Shown: one piece after another, positions 29,563-39,643 of the stretch
Position numbering within the stretch: position 1 is the first letter of the stretch
How the letters are laid out: the number at the start of each line of letters is the position of its first letter
Assembly (NCBI GenBank): GCA_001000545.1
Contig: LCOC01000005.1
Location: forward strand, 10,013 to 74,012
DNA: 64,000 bases
From: Parcubacteria group bacterium GW2011_GWA2_47_21
Lineage (GTDB): Bacteria; Patescibacteriota; Minisyncoccia; Phycocordibacterales; DSPV01
Direction: 5' to 3'
Notes under the pieces: generated by a model
Seen by the model: the letters and a program-made list of their open reading frames with translations, nothing else
The model's database searches: none
What the model was told of the DNA's origin: nothing
Program-made: the position numbers and the translations under genes

Positions 29563-30771
29563 ATGCAACCCAACACAGCAAAAGGTGGCGACATCCGCTT
29601 AAAAAACGCCAGCGTGGCCGAAGAGGTTGCCCTTTATTACGGCTTCAAGCCCGCCAGGGCACCCGCTGTGAACCGTGACGACTTGCACCAAGCCAAAATC
29701 CTAAGGGCCGGCGAAAGACGCTTAGTGGACGAGAAAACCATCGTCATCCGCCCGGAAGAACAAATCGCCATTCTACGGCTCTACGAAGAAAATAATTGGC
29801 ACAAAGAGCCCCAACCGATTTTTCTGTTCTTTGAGGGAAAGTTTCCCGGAGCGGCGGAACACAAAAACCCGCGGACTTTCCGACGAGTCCGTCTGGACAT
29901 CTTGGGTTCCTCAAAAAGCGTCTGTGAAGCCATCATAATAAAAACGGCGATAGAAATCCTCATTGAAGAGGGTTTTGAAAACCTCTATGTGGACATCAAC
30001 TCAATCGGCGATAAAGAATCCTTCCATTGTTTCAACAAGGACTTGGGCGCGTATTTAAGAAAGCGGGCCGGCGAGCTTCACGGCGTCTGCCGCGAAAAAC
30101 TGAAATTTGACCCTTTGGAGGCCTTAAATTGCGAAAATCAAAAATGCCAGGGCGTATTCGGCGAGGCGCCGAAGAGCATCTCTTATTTAAACGAGCCGAG
30201 CCGCAAACATTTTATGGAGGTCTTGGAATTTCTGGAATCAACCGGCATACCCTATCGCGTCAATGACCAGCTGGTTTCAAACCACGAAATGGCCTGCCAT
30301 ACGATTTTTGAAGTAAAATCATTAAATGACGAAACGGAGCAAAACCGAGCCCTGCCTTTGGCGTCCGGTTTTCGTTCCAACGGCTTGAGTAAAAAGGTCG
30401 GCTGGTCCCGCGATATAGCGTCAATCGGCATTGCTTTGCTTTACAAAGGCAACGGCAAAAATAAAAAAAATCTGCGTTTCAAGAAACCGAAAATCTACTT
30501 CGTGCAGATAGGTTTTGAAGCAAAACTTAAAAGCTTGAAGATAATAGAGATGCTTCGGAAGATTAAAGTGCCGCTTCTCCAAGCCCTTTCCAGAGACAAG
30601 CTAAGCGCCCAGCTCGCCACCGCGGAAAACCTGAAAATCCCCTACACCATCATTATGGGACAAAAAGAAGCGGTGGAAAATAACGTGATTATCCGCGATA
30701 TGAGCAACCGCTCCCAAGAGGTGGTGAAGATAGAAGAATTGCCGGCATACCTCAAAAAACTTGGGATTTAA
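29563..30771 (+). CDS. Histidyl-tRNA synthetase-like protein with degenerate active site
   Basis: HisRS layout (RPE, INSIG, CPR-type insertion domain, anticodon-binding C-terminal domain), but motif 2, LVRGLDYY and motif 3 are eroded. Confidence 0.8.
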   Translation: MQPNTAKGGDIRLKNASVAEEVALYYGFKPARAPAVNRDDLHQAKILRAGERRLVDEKTIVIRPEEQIAILRLYEENNWHKEPQPIFLFFEGKFPGAAEHKNPRTFRRVRLDILGSSKSVCEAIIIKTAIEILIEEGFENLYVDINSIGDKESFHCFNKDLGAYLRKRAGELHGVCREKLKFDPLEALNCENQKCQGVFGEAPKSISYLNEPSRKHFMEVLEFLESTGIPYRVNDQLVSNHEMACHTIFEVKSLNDETEQNRALPLASGFRSNGLSKKVGWSRDIASIGIALLYKGNGKNKKNLRFKKPKIYFVQIGFEAKLKSLKIIEMLRKIKVPLLQALSRDKLSAQLATAENLKIPYTIIMGQKEAVENNVIIRDMSNRSQEVVKIEELPAYLKKLGI

Positions 30772-30788
30772 AAAGCGCGATGCCAATA

Positions 30789-30900
30789 CTGTCTCTGTGC
30801 AAACCTGCTTGCGCGCCGCCTGCCTGTGCGTGTCCTGCTTGCGCGCCGCGCGCAGGCAAGCCGCACGCAGACAGGCGCGCGGGCAAGCACACACAGGCAG
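30789..30900. repeat. Nested CCTGC-type palindromes
   Basis: About four concentric inverted-repeat layers. Confidence 0.75.
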
Positions 30901-31024
30901 ATACTAACGCATACTTGCCCCGTAGTGAGCCGCGCTCTGCTAATGAGGCGAATGATACTAATGAAAAGTTCCTATCATTAACGCTGAATTTGCAGAGTAA
31001 AAAAACTCGTGTTAGTATCTCATT

Positions 31025-31279
31025 ATGTCAACCAATGTATCGGTAGAAAAAAATACCAATGAAAATACGGGCGGCCTGCTTCGCAGATTTTCAAGGAAAG
31101 TCCAAAGTTCCGGCGTCTTGCCTCGGGTCAAATCCATTCGTTACAAAGCCCGCAACCAATCACGCTACACGACAAGGAAAAAAGCTCTGAAAACCCTGCG
31201 CCGTCGCGCGGAAATAGCCAAACTAATCAAGCTTGGAAAATTGCCCGACAAACCGGCGCGCGGCTCATACAAGCGCTAA
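31025..31279 (+). CDS. rpsU: 30S ribosomal protein bS21-like
   Basis: NENTGGLLRRFSRKVQSSGVL; basic 84-aa protein. Confidence 0.75.
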   Translation: MSTNVSVEKNTNENTGGLLRRFSRKVQSSGVLPRVKSIRYKARNQSRYTTRKKALKTLRRRAEIAKLIKLGKLPDKPARGSYKR

Positions 31280-31287
31280 AACGGAAG

Positions 31288-31668
31288 ATGAATCACTTGT
31301 CTTTAACCAACCTGACTCGCAGCGAATTGCCTCGCCTACCTTTTAGAAAAATTACAGAAAAAATCCTCAGTAAGAAATACTCTTTGTCGGTGGTTTTTAC
31401 CGGCAATAAGCGCGCCGCGCGCTTAAACAAAAAATATCGCGGCAAAAACTACGCGCCGGATGTCTTGGCTTTTCCTTTGTCGGACAAGTCGGGAGAAATA
31501 TTTATCGCGCCGAAGGCCGCTTCGCGGCAAGCGGCGCTTTTTGGAGAGCCAACGGCAAAATACATCGGACGCCTGTTTATCCACGGTTTGCTTCATTTGA
31601 AAGGATACCGCCATGGTAGTAAAATGGAGCATGAAGAAAGAAAAATTTTGAGAAGGATTGATTCTTAA
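31288..31668 (+). CDS. ybeY: rRNA maturation endoribonuclease YbeY
   Basis: LNKKYRGK..PDVLAF and HGLLHLKGYRH. Confidence 0.95.
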   Translation: MNHLSLTNLTRSELPRLPFRKITEKILSKKYSLSVVFTGNKRAARLNKKYRGKNYAPDVLAFPLSDKSGEIFIAPKAASRQAALFGEPTAKYIGRLFIHGLLHLKGYRHGSKMEHEERKILRRIDS

Positions 31669-31843
31669 TTCTCAATATTTGCCGAAGACATCTGAAAAGG
31701 GCGGCGAGATTTTTAGCGACGGAGCGAATCATAGGCGCGGGGTGAAGGTTGGCGTCAGAATGCTTTATTATTTTGACACTGTCATCTTTTGTCGTTTATT
31801 GGCGAATTTTTAACGGCGTTGATTTTTTAAATTTTTTACTATC

Positions 31844-33016
31844 GTGACCAATAAAATCGGAGCGGGCATAGACATCGGCACTTACCATACCAAGGTTATG
31901 ATTGTTCAAAGCGCTTCCACGGACGGCAAGCCGCCGCGCATAATCGGCACGGGTTTTGCCGAAACGAAAGGCCTCCGGCACGGTTACATAATGAACAGAA
32001 ACGAAACGGCGGAAGGGCTCAAAACGGCTCTCCGGCAAGCGGAAAAAGCCGCCGGCGTCCCAATCAGGAAAGCGCTCGTGTCAGTCGGCGGAATCGGCCT
32101 CTCTTCAGTCGCGACATTCGGCAGCGCCGTCATTTCGCGCGCCGATTCTGAAATCACCAAGTTGGATATTGAGAAAGCCGTCGCCGCAAGCAACGAAGCC
32201 ATAACCGCGGCGGCTTCGCAAAACAGGAAAATCATTCACCGCATTCCCGTCCAATACAAAGTTGACGGCCGGCCGATAGTCGGCGCGACGCCGGTCGGCA
32301 TGAAAGGCGCCAAACTTGAAGTCAAAACCCTTTTCATCGCCTGCGCGGAACAACATTTAAACGATTTGATTCAAGCTGTGGAAGACAGCGGGGTGGAAAC
32401 CTTAGACCCCGTCGCCTCACCCTTGGCGGCCAGTATGGTGGTCTTAAACAAGACCCAAAAAATCGCCGGCGTCGTTTTGGCTAATATCGGCGCCGAGACC
32501 GTCTCTATCGCGGTTTTTGAAAACAACATCCCGATATCTTTGGAGGTCTTCCCTTACGGCGGCACCAATATCACGAATGACATCGCTTTGGGACTAAAAG
32601 TGCCGATTGAAGAGGCGGAGGAAATCAAACGCGGGAGCGTCCTTTCCACCAATTATTCGCGAAGAGAGTTGGACAAAATCGTCATCGCCCGTCTCCATGA
32701 CATTTTTGATTTGGTGGAGGCCCACCTTAAAAAAATCGGCCGGAGCGGACTTCTGCCGGCAGGCATTGTCATTACCGGCGGCGGTTCAAGAATTGAGACC
32801 ATTGAGGACTTGGCAAAAGCATCGTTAAATCTCCCTTCGCGCGTCGCGAAACTAAATTTCGGCGGCAATATCAGAGACCTCCATGATTCGGTTTGGTCGG
32901 TCTGTTACGGCCTCTGTCTTCTAAATCTCGCCGGAAGCGACAAGCCCTTCGGTTTTGATATATTCGCGAAAACCAAAAGACGTGCCGTTGACTGGCTCCG
33001 GCAGTTTCTGCCATAA
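31844..33016 (+). CDS. ftsA: Cell division protein FtsA
   Basis: GIDIGT, IGAETV and GIVITGGGS; upstream of ftsZ. Confidence 0.95.
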   Translation: MTNKIGAGIDIGTYHTKVMIVQSASTDGKPPRIIGTGFAETKGLRHGYIMNRNETAEGLKTALRQAEKAAGVPIRKALVSVGGIGLSSVATFGSAVISRADSEITKLDIEKAVAASNEAITAAASQNRKIIHRIPVQYKVDGRPIVGATPVGMKGAKLEVKTLFIACAEQHLNDLIQAVEDSGVETLDPVASPLAASMVVLNKTQKIAGVVLANIGAETVSIAVFENNIPISLEVFPYGGTNITNDIALGLKVPIEEAEEIKRGSVLSTNYSRRELDKIVIARLHDIFDLVEAHLKKIGRSGLLPAGIVITGGGSRIETIEDLAKASLNLPSRVAKLNFGGNIRDLHDSVWSVCYGLCLLNLAGSDKPFGFDIFAKTKRRAVDWLRQFLP

Positions 33017-33326
33017 AAATCGCCCGGGCATATGTTTTTCAACGCGCGACAAAACACCCCCCCAGCCGGGCGTTTTTTGTGCTCGCCTTGCCGCTTGCCC
33101 TGCCGCTTGCCAACTCCCGTTGGCAAGCGGCAGGATTCCCAAAAAAGACGCTGGGGTCAAATTTTTAAGAAACATTTGCTTGACTTGTCAACTCTTCCTT
33201 TTTTGAGCGGGTTTGTGTAGTATGCGACACTATAAAGCGGAGCGGATTCAAAACGGCGCTTCTGGCAAAAGCTCTCAAACGGTTTTTCATTTTTCGTTTG
33301 GCTTTTTAAATTTTACATAAATCATT

Positions 33327-34463
33327 ATGCCTCAAGTAAAACCCGAAGTTGAAGCGTTTGCGCGCATTAAAGTCATCGGGGTCGGCGGCTCGGGCAAGAA
33401 CGCCGTCAATCATATGCTCGGCGCCAAAGTCAAAGGCGTGGAATTCATCGTGGTCAATACCGACGCCCAAGACCTCCACAACGCGCAGGCGAGGAAGAAA
33501 ATCCACATCGGGAAAAATCTCACTCACGGGCTGGGGGCCGGCATGAATCCCGAAGTCGGCCGCAAAGCGGTTGAAGAAAATAAAGAAGAAATCCAAGAAG
33601 CCATCAAGGGCGCCGATATGGTGTTCGTGGCGGGAGGACTCGGTGGCGGCACTTACACCGGCGCGGCGCCGATGATCGCAAAAACCGCCAAGGAACTCGG
33701 CGCGCTCACTGTCGCCATCGCCACTAAGCCGTTTTTCTTTGAAGGCCAGCAAAGAATGAGAATTGCCGAAAGCGGGCTGGAAGAGCTTCGCCACTCGGTT
33801 GACGCCATCGTGGTCATTCCCAACGACCGCTTATTGGGAGTGGTGACCAAAGAGACCACCGCCAAGAACGCTTTCGCTATGTGCGATGAAGTGCTTAAGC
33901 AGGCGGTGGAAGGCATTTCCGACCTGATTACCATCCCGGGCATCATCAATGTTGATTTCGCCGATGTTAAAGCGGTTTTGGAAAATGCCGGCTCGGCTTT
34001 AATGGGCATCGGCATCGCCTCCGGCGAAAAAAGAGCCGAGGAAGCGGCCCGAGCGGCCATTAATTCCCCGCTTTTGGAGGTTTCAATCAGCGGCGCCAAA
34101 GGAGTCCTCTTCTCCATTGCCGGCGGCGACGACCTCACTATGTTTGAAATCCAAGATGCCGCCAAAGTCATTACCGAATCCATTGACCCTGACGCCAAAG
34201 TTATTTTTGGCACGGTCCGCGACGACAAACTCAAGAAAGGCGAAGTGAAAATTACGGTCATCGCTTCCGGTTTCCCCGAGCCGTCCACTCCCAGGAAAAC
34301 CTTATTTATGGCCGATTCGGAAGAGAAAAAAGGGAAAATTTTCAACGCAATGATGGCGCCGACCGCGGCCTCGGCCAACGAAACTAAAACGGACGGCAAG
34401 ACACTGCCTGAAGATGAAGACGAGTGGAGCGCCGTGCCGGCATTTCTAAGGAGGAAAAAGTAG
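33327..34463 (+). CDS. ftsZ: Cell division protein FtsZ
   Basis: IKVIGVGGSG, GGGTYTG, NVDFADV and C-terminal VPAFLRR. Confidence 0.98.
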   Translation: MPQVKPEVEAFARIKVIGVGGSGKNAVNHMLGAKVKGVEFIVVNTDAQDLHNAQARKKIHIGKNLTHGLGAGMNPEVGRKAVEENKEEIQEAIKGADMVFVAGGLGGGTYTGAAPMIAKTAKELGALTVAIATKPFFFEGQQRMRIAESGLEELRHSVDAIVVIPNDRLLGVVTKETTAKNAFAMCDEVLKQAVEGISDLITIPGIINVDFADVKAVLENAGSALMGIGIASGEKRAEEAARAAINSPLLEVSISGAKGVLFSIAGGDDLTMFEIQDAAKVITESIDPDAKVIFGTVRDDKLKKGEVKITVIASGFPEPSTPRKTLFMADSEEKKGKIFNAMMAPTAASANETKTDGKTLPEDEDEWSAVPAFLRRKK

Positions 34464-34600
34464 TTTAGTATTTTTCGCCTTTTTTAAATTCAAAGGAGGG
34501 TTTAAATTTTGGAATAAAAAAACTGCCCGCACGCAATGGTGTCGGGCTAGTTTAAGCTTTCATAGATTTTCACCTTTCTCTTTAGTGGGGATTGATTAGT

Positions 34601-35008
34601 TTAGTTGGGAATTTCAACGGCACTACCAGCGCTACGGAATGCTCTCTTGAGAAAACATTCTCTCTTTTCTGCAACGACTTGTGGCATCAAGTCGCGCACT
34701 TGATAGCACAGCCAGACAAGACGGTCTCCGCCTTGTTGTCCTTTGAAGCGGTGAGCAAGTTTTACTACCTCGCTCGCCAATTCGGGACTTTCACAGAGTA
34801 ATTTTCTCGCTGTATCCTTGAACTCACTGATTGATGAACAACTCTGGAGCAAAGTATAATGCTCCGTTCTATTTCCTTTACTCGCGACTTTTTTCCACAT
34901 AGCTTCGCGTTCGGCGAAACTATGAGCTTGGTCTGCAAGTGCCCGATCTCGTTCCTGTTGGTCAATCAGCCCAACTTTACACAATGCGTCTGCTAAGGAG
35001 TTAGCCAT
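34601..35008 (-). CDS. Hypothetical protein
   Basis: 135-aa ORF with an upstream TTGACA promoter element; no recognised motif. Confidence 0.6.
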   Translation of the reverse strand: MANSLADALCKVGLIDQQERDRALADQAHSFAEREAMWKKVASKGNRTEHYTLLQSCSSISEFKDTARKLLCESPELASEVVKLAHRFKGQQGGDRLVWLCYQVRDLMPQVVAEKRECFLKRAFRSAGSAVEIPN

Positions 35009-35357
35009 ATTTTTATCACCAAGGTTCAATTTCTAAGCTTGTTTTCTGGTACATACCAGGGCATTGCTTAGCCGCCAATAGGTTAGCATGGCTAATGATT
35101 TATGTCAATGGAGAAAAAATTTTGTGGATGAAGTGTCAAAATATGCCATTGTTTAACGATTTTTTCACCTACACCAACTTTCAACGATTGCTGTTTTTGT
35201 GTGTATGCCACAAAAATAAACGAAGGCATTAACAAGGTATTAACGAAGATATTTTTGCAAACAGCACAAACAGTAAATATCTGCCATAAATGTAATTTGC
35301 TAAATGGCGAAACTAAACATGAATCCTTCTTTGTAAAAGTGTGATAAACTATCGGTT

Positions 35358-36293
35358 ATGATTTACGATTTGGCCATCATCGGCGGGGGGCCGGCCGGCG
35401 TTGCGGCCGGCGTTTATGCTGCCAGAAAAAAACTCAAAACGATTTTTCTGACCATGGACTTTGGCGGCCAAAGCGTCGTTTCGCCCGACATTCAAAATTG
35501 GATTGGCACTATTTCCATTTCCGGCGAGGAATTGGCGAAAAACCTCAAGAATCATCTTTTGGCTTACGGCAAAGAAGTCGTGGCCGTGAAAGAAGGCCTT
35601 CGGGTTAAAAATGTAGAAAAGACCGAGGACGGCTTTGAAATCGCGCTTGATGACGGCGAGTCCTATCACGCAAAAATTGTCCTGATAACCACCGGTTCAA
35701 GCCGCCGGAAACTTTCTGTCCCGGGCGCCAAAGAATTTGAAAATAAAGGCATCACTTATTGCGCCACTTGCGACGGGCCGCTTTTCGCCGGCCAAGACGT
35801 CGCCGTCATCGGCGGGGGCAATGCCGCCTTTGAAACTGCCGTTCAGCTTTCCGCCTATTGTAAATCTGTAACACTACTCCAAAGAAGCGGGGGGTTCCGC
35901 GCCGACCCAGTCACGGCGGAGCGGGTTTTAGCTAAACCAAATGTTAAAGGCATTACCGGCACGGAAATCCTAGAAATCAAAGGCGGTAAATTCGTTTCTT
36001 CATTGCTCTTTAAGAAAACCGCTGCGGGAGAAATTACGGACCTGCCGGTAACCGGCATATTCGTTGAAATAGGCCTTGTGCCGGCCACCGGTTTCGTAAA
36101 AAATCTGCTCAAGTTAGACCCGTGGGGACATATAATCGTTGACCCGAAAACGCAAAGAACCTCATGCCCCGGTGTTTGGGCGGCTGGCGACTCCACCGAC
36201 GGACTATATCACCAAAATAACATCGCCGCCGGCGATGCCATTAAAGCGCTGGAAGATATTTATATGTTCCTTCACGCCGGTAAAACAAAGTAG
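35358..36293 (+). CDS. trxB: Thioredoxin reductase (TrxB/AhpF-like)
   Basis: IIGGGPAG, CATCDG, VIGGGN and AAGD. Confidence 0.92.
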   Translation: MIYDLAIIGGGPAGVAAGVYAARKKLKTIFLTMDFGGQSVVSPDIQNWIGTISISGEELAKNLKNHLLAYGKEVVAVKEGLRVKNVEKTEDGFEIALDDGESYHAKIVLITTGSSRRKLSVPGAKEFENKGITYCATCDGPLFAGQDVAVIGGGNAAFETAVQLSAYCKSVTLLQRSGGFRADPVTAERVLAKPNVKGITGTEILEIKGGKFVSSLLFKKTAAGEITDLPVTGIFVEIGLVPATGFVKNLLKLDPWGHIIVDPKTQRTSCPGVWAAGDSTDGLYHQNNIAAGDAIKALEDIYMFLHAGKTK

Positions 36294-36491
36294 GCGTATC
36301 CTCCTCTGATTGACAATAACAATCAATGGAATACACTGGTAGTGGCAACAGTTCGCAGATTTCCGTCCCCAAAAAGCGTCTCTCGCATCTCCCAGTTACG
36401 TTTGAACGAACTCGATATGCAACACCCACAGCGAGCCACGCCTGACGCTTTGGTCTGCGTTCCTTCTTCGGAACTTTAGCCCGCCCTCGCA

Positions 36492-36839
36492 TTGATGTTG
36501 AGGGCGGGCTATCATTCTTCATATGAGGGTTTTTCAAGCGCAAGCGGCGGACACATTTTCTACCAGGGAGTGAAGAAACGCCAAAGGGGGCGACGCATTT
36601 TCCAAGACGACCTAGCGCCAAATACTCTTATCAGAATTATTCCATGGGACCGCTTCAGAGTGCTTTTCATAGATGATGACGGGAAGGAGAGGTTTCTTCA
36701 GCTAAACGCTCCCCTGCCGAAAGGCAACTGTTTTCGCACGGAGGCGGTTGGAGGGCAAATCCAACTTAAACCGATAGCGGACTTTGAAAGCGCGAGCAAC
36801 GAGGCCTTTGAAATGCCAGATGACTACAGACCGGCATAG
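36492..36839 (+). CDS. Hypothetical protein, possibly a fragment
   Basis: 115-aa ORF with a weak start and no motif. Confidence 0.35.
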   Translation: MMLRAGYHSSYEGFSSASGGHIFYQGVKKRQRGRRIFQDDLAPNTLIRIIPWDRFRVLFIDDDGKERFLQLNAPLPKGNCFRTEAVGGQIQLKPIADFESASNEAFEMPDDYRPA

Positions 36840-36949
36840 CCAATCTTTTCGGCCGGCACAAGCCACCTTTGGGTGGCTTTCTCTTTGCGCACTTACTTAA
36901 AAAATGCGCTCGCGTGGTGGGGCTTCGATGCGGACGAGGCAAAGCAAAA

Positions 36950-37207
36950 CTATTTTTGCGGGAGGAAAAGGATTTGCTTTGCCTCGGCTCTTTTTCCAAA
37001 ACCACGGGGATTTGGTATCCGCCGCGCCGGTGTTGACGAAAAAACTGGAGATAGTTGGCGTAGATCGTGTGAGCGATTTTCGACACTTGGTTTTTTCTGC
37101 GACAATATCAAAATTATAAATTCCGATATATCGAGAAGATTCGTATGCTTCCCACTCTTCACGCGCGCTTCGCAAGCGATGTCCGTCCGCATCTCTTCCA
37201 TCTTCAT
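36950..37207 (-). pseudogene. Truncated third gene of the radical SAM operon
   Basis: ATGA overlap with the UDG stop; reads into the inverted repeat. Confidence 0.4.
36960..37030 (+). repeat. 71-bp inverted repeat, left
   Basis: Exact reverse complement of 39184-39254. Confidence 0.92.
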
Positions 37208-37686
37208 GAGACAAGTCGTTCAATAACGGCTTTCACTGCTTGAACATATCGATTTTTTTCCTTTCGCTTGTACACCATGATGTACGAGGGATGTTGAATA
37301 GGCACATACCATTTCCCTCCATACTCAAAAGAGCGATATCTGTAAGACAATTTTGGCATCTGTAGTCCAATCTGACGAAGAACAAATGTTGCTGTCTTGT
37401 TACCAAGCAATAAGACAACGCGAGGATTAACTGTCTGAATCTCAACTTGTAGTTCAGGATAGCACAGCACACACTCTTCAGGTGTCGGATACCTCAACTT
37501 CCCCTTGGAATCCAATGGAGGAAACTTTACAAGGTTTGTTTTGTAAAAGCTTGCATGGCGGCATCGTGCCTCAATTTCTGCCACCAGCTTACCGGTGTTT
37601 GTGTCTATATGAAGAGGAGCGCAAATCTCGGCATTAATTGCCTTTTTCGCAGAAAGACCAACCCACATTACATTTGCGTTTTTCAT
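37204..37686 (-). CDS. Uracil-DNA glycosylase superfamily protein
   Basis: VMWVGLS, TNLVKFPP...LRYPT, EIQTVNPRVVLLLG and IQHPSY. Confidence 0.88.
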   Translation of the reverse strand: MKNANVMWVGLSAKKAINAEICAPLHIDTNTGKLVAEIEARCRHASFYKTNLVKFPPLDSKGKLRYPTPEECVLCYPELQVEIQTVNPRVVLLLGNKTATFVLRQIGLQMPKLSYRYRSFEYGGKWYVPIQHPSYIMVYKRKEKNRYVQAVKAVIERLVS

Positions 37687-38910
37687 CGGTTTATTCCATT
37701 AGTTTCGGTAATGAATTTCCGAAGAATCTCATCGGACACTTCGGAAAAATTACCACTCGTGAAATTGAAAGACGCTCGTCCTAAAGTTAACGCCATTTTT
37801 CACAGACGATTCTTTGAGTCCCGCCGCTAAATCGTAAGACATCCGCATATCATCAATGGTTTCAGTTTCAAAACCAAAAATGAAATACCCTTTTACATTT
37901 ATGCCGGCGAGGAATAATCTTTCGATGGTCCGTTTGATCAAATCCACATCCGAAGTTTTGTGAATCATTTTGAGTATGCGCGGAGATCCAGACTCAATAC
38001 CAATGAACACCTCCTTACAACCTGACCGCTTCAGTTCAAGTAATTGCGCATCACTCAATTTATAAAATGATAACACATGAGCCATGGCACGCCATGTTAC
38101 GGGAACATGCCCAAACATACGAACCGCACGCTCCACACTATCAGCATTCCTTAGGAATAAATCGTCAAGAACCCGCACCGAATCAACATTCGGGTACAGT
38201 TCGCATATCATCGCCACTTCATTTGCCACGCTTTGAGCATTTCTTTCTCTAATCGGTGTTTCCCTGTTCAGAGATCGAGCCGCTGAACAAAACGCGCAGT
38301 TATACATACACCCGCGACTGGTCACAATACTCACTTCGTTGAATCCTAACGTGTGTCGCAACGGCTGATTTACGAAGAATGACCTGTCTAAGGGAATATT
38401 GGAAATATCCTGAGGGAAATACGGTGAACTCACAGATACCGTAATAACCCGCTTATTACCTTTCTGACTAATGATATCAAGGGGCTTCCCCTGCACAATC
38501 GCGCTGACCACAAAATCCCCTTCTCCAATGACTATATCCACGGGACAAGAAGTATTCCAATGCAATATAGTTTTATAGAGATTCTTCGTAGCTAATCCAC
38601 CGATGATGAACCGTACTCCACCCTTAATTGATTCAACTATTTCACGAACCAAGTGCAAATTAGTTGTGAATACATTCAGAGCCACATAGCACGGACGCTT
38701 TTGACGAATAACCGCCAAAAGAATTTCAAGAGAAATGTTTGCCTCAACAGTATCCAACAGTTCAACGGTTATTCCATTACTCCAGAGATCCGTAGCTATA
38801 TACCCTAATCCAAGTGGTGGTAAAGAATCTTCATCGTATCCGTCCACCTTATCTCGAAATAAGGGTGAGTTGATAATCAAAACATCGAGCGATTGACTTT
38901 CTTCTTGCAT
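37683..38910 (-). CDS. Cobalamin-binding radical SAM protein (class B methylase-like), frame broken near the C-terminus
   Basis: PPLGLGYIA, SRGCMYNCAFC and GIESGS. The main frame stops at 37750; a native-looking tail continues in another frame to 37683. Confidence 0.88.
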
Positions 38911-38985
38911 GACACTTTCCTCCTTTTTCTGTGTTGTGAGTGTTCTGGGTTTGCTGTACTGGCGGATAAACGCCGTCGCTTTTCT

Positions 38986-39060
38986 TCATTCACGAACGAG
39001 CCGTGAATGAGTCGATTTATCTTTCTTGAGCGAATGTTGAGTTGTCTTTTGATCCACCAT
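38986..39060 (-). CDS. 24-aa peptide MVDQKTTQHSLKKDKSTHSRLVRE
   Basis: AAGGAG Shine-Dalgarno upstream of the ATG; directly precedes the radical SAM gene. Confidence 0.4.
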   Translation of the reverse strand: MVDQKTTQHSLKKDKSTHSRLVRE

Positions 39061-39183
39061 GTTTTTATCTCCTTTCTTTTTTAGATTGTCAAAAAACAGC
39101 TTTGACTGATTGCTATTCTACATTAGTTTTTGATTTTGTGCAAGGCCGCCCGCCGAAAATCCGCCGCGCATTCCTCCCCACAC

Positions 39184-39254
39184 CCGGCGCGGCGGATACC
39201 AAATCCCCGTGGTTTTGGAAAAAGAGCCGAGGCAAAGCAAATCCTTTTCCTCCC
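39184..39254 (-). repeat. 71-bp inverted repeat, right
   Basis: Exact reverse complement of 36960-37030. Confidence 0.92.
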
Positions 39255-39324
39255 TTTTGAAAATAGGTGCGAGCTTGGTACAATAGACACACCATAAGGA
39301 GATTAGGAGGAATTTTTCCTATTT

Positions 39325-39355
39325 CACAATGGGCTTCCGCAATGGAAGCCCATTG
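39325..39355. repeat. 31-bp hairpin CACAATGGGCTTCCGCAATGGAAGCCCATTG
   Basis: Identical copy at 46290-46320. Confidence 0.9.
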
Positions 39356-39643
39356 AATTTCCGCAACGCCGCGCGCTTCGCGCGCGTGAAGTGTCAGGTT
39401 CAATCCGAAGATTTTTTGAGCGAACGATTTTTTGAGAGAAAGAGGGGCGAAGACATTTAATATAATGCTTGCCCCACGCCACCCGTGCGCGCATTATGAA
39501 AACTTTGCCGATTTTCAAATCGGCAACTCCATAAGATACGAGTTAAGTTCCTATAACTTCTTCACCTCGTTAGAAACGCTCTCAATACCGCAAAGATTTT
39601 ATTTTTCATTATTTCAATCAACCGGCGATTGGTGTCGGCTATT

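Larger units (their letters stand above)
39113..39442 (-). pseudogene. C-terminal relic of a large serine recombinase
   Basis: KKSFAQKIFGLNLTLHAREARGVAEIQWASIAEAH...ARTYF is similar to the GEARGGPQTQWASAMEAH tail of the recombinase at 46064. Confidence 0.65.

Noticed and set aside
30601-31046. Cys/Ala/Arg-rich ORFs at 30601-30894 and 30780-31046
   Set aside because: Translations of the nested palindrome.
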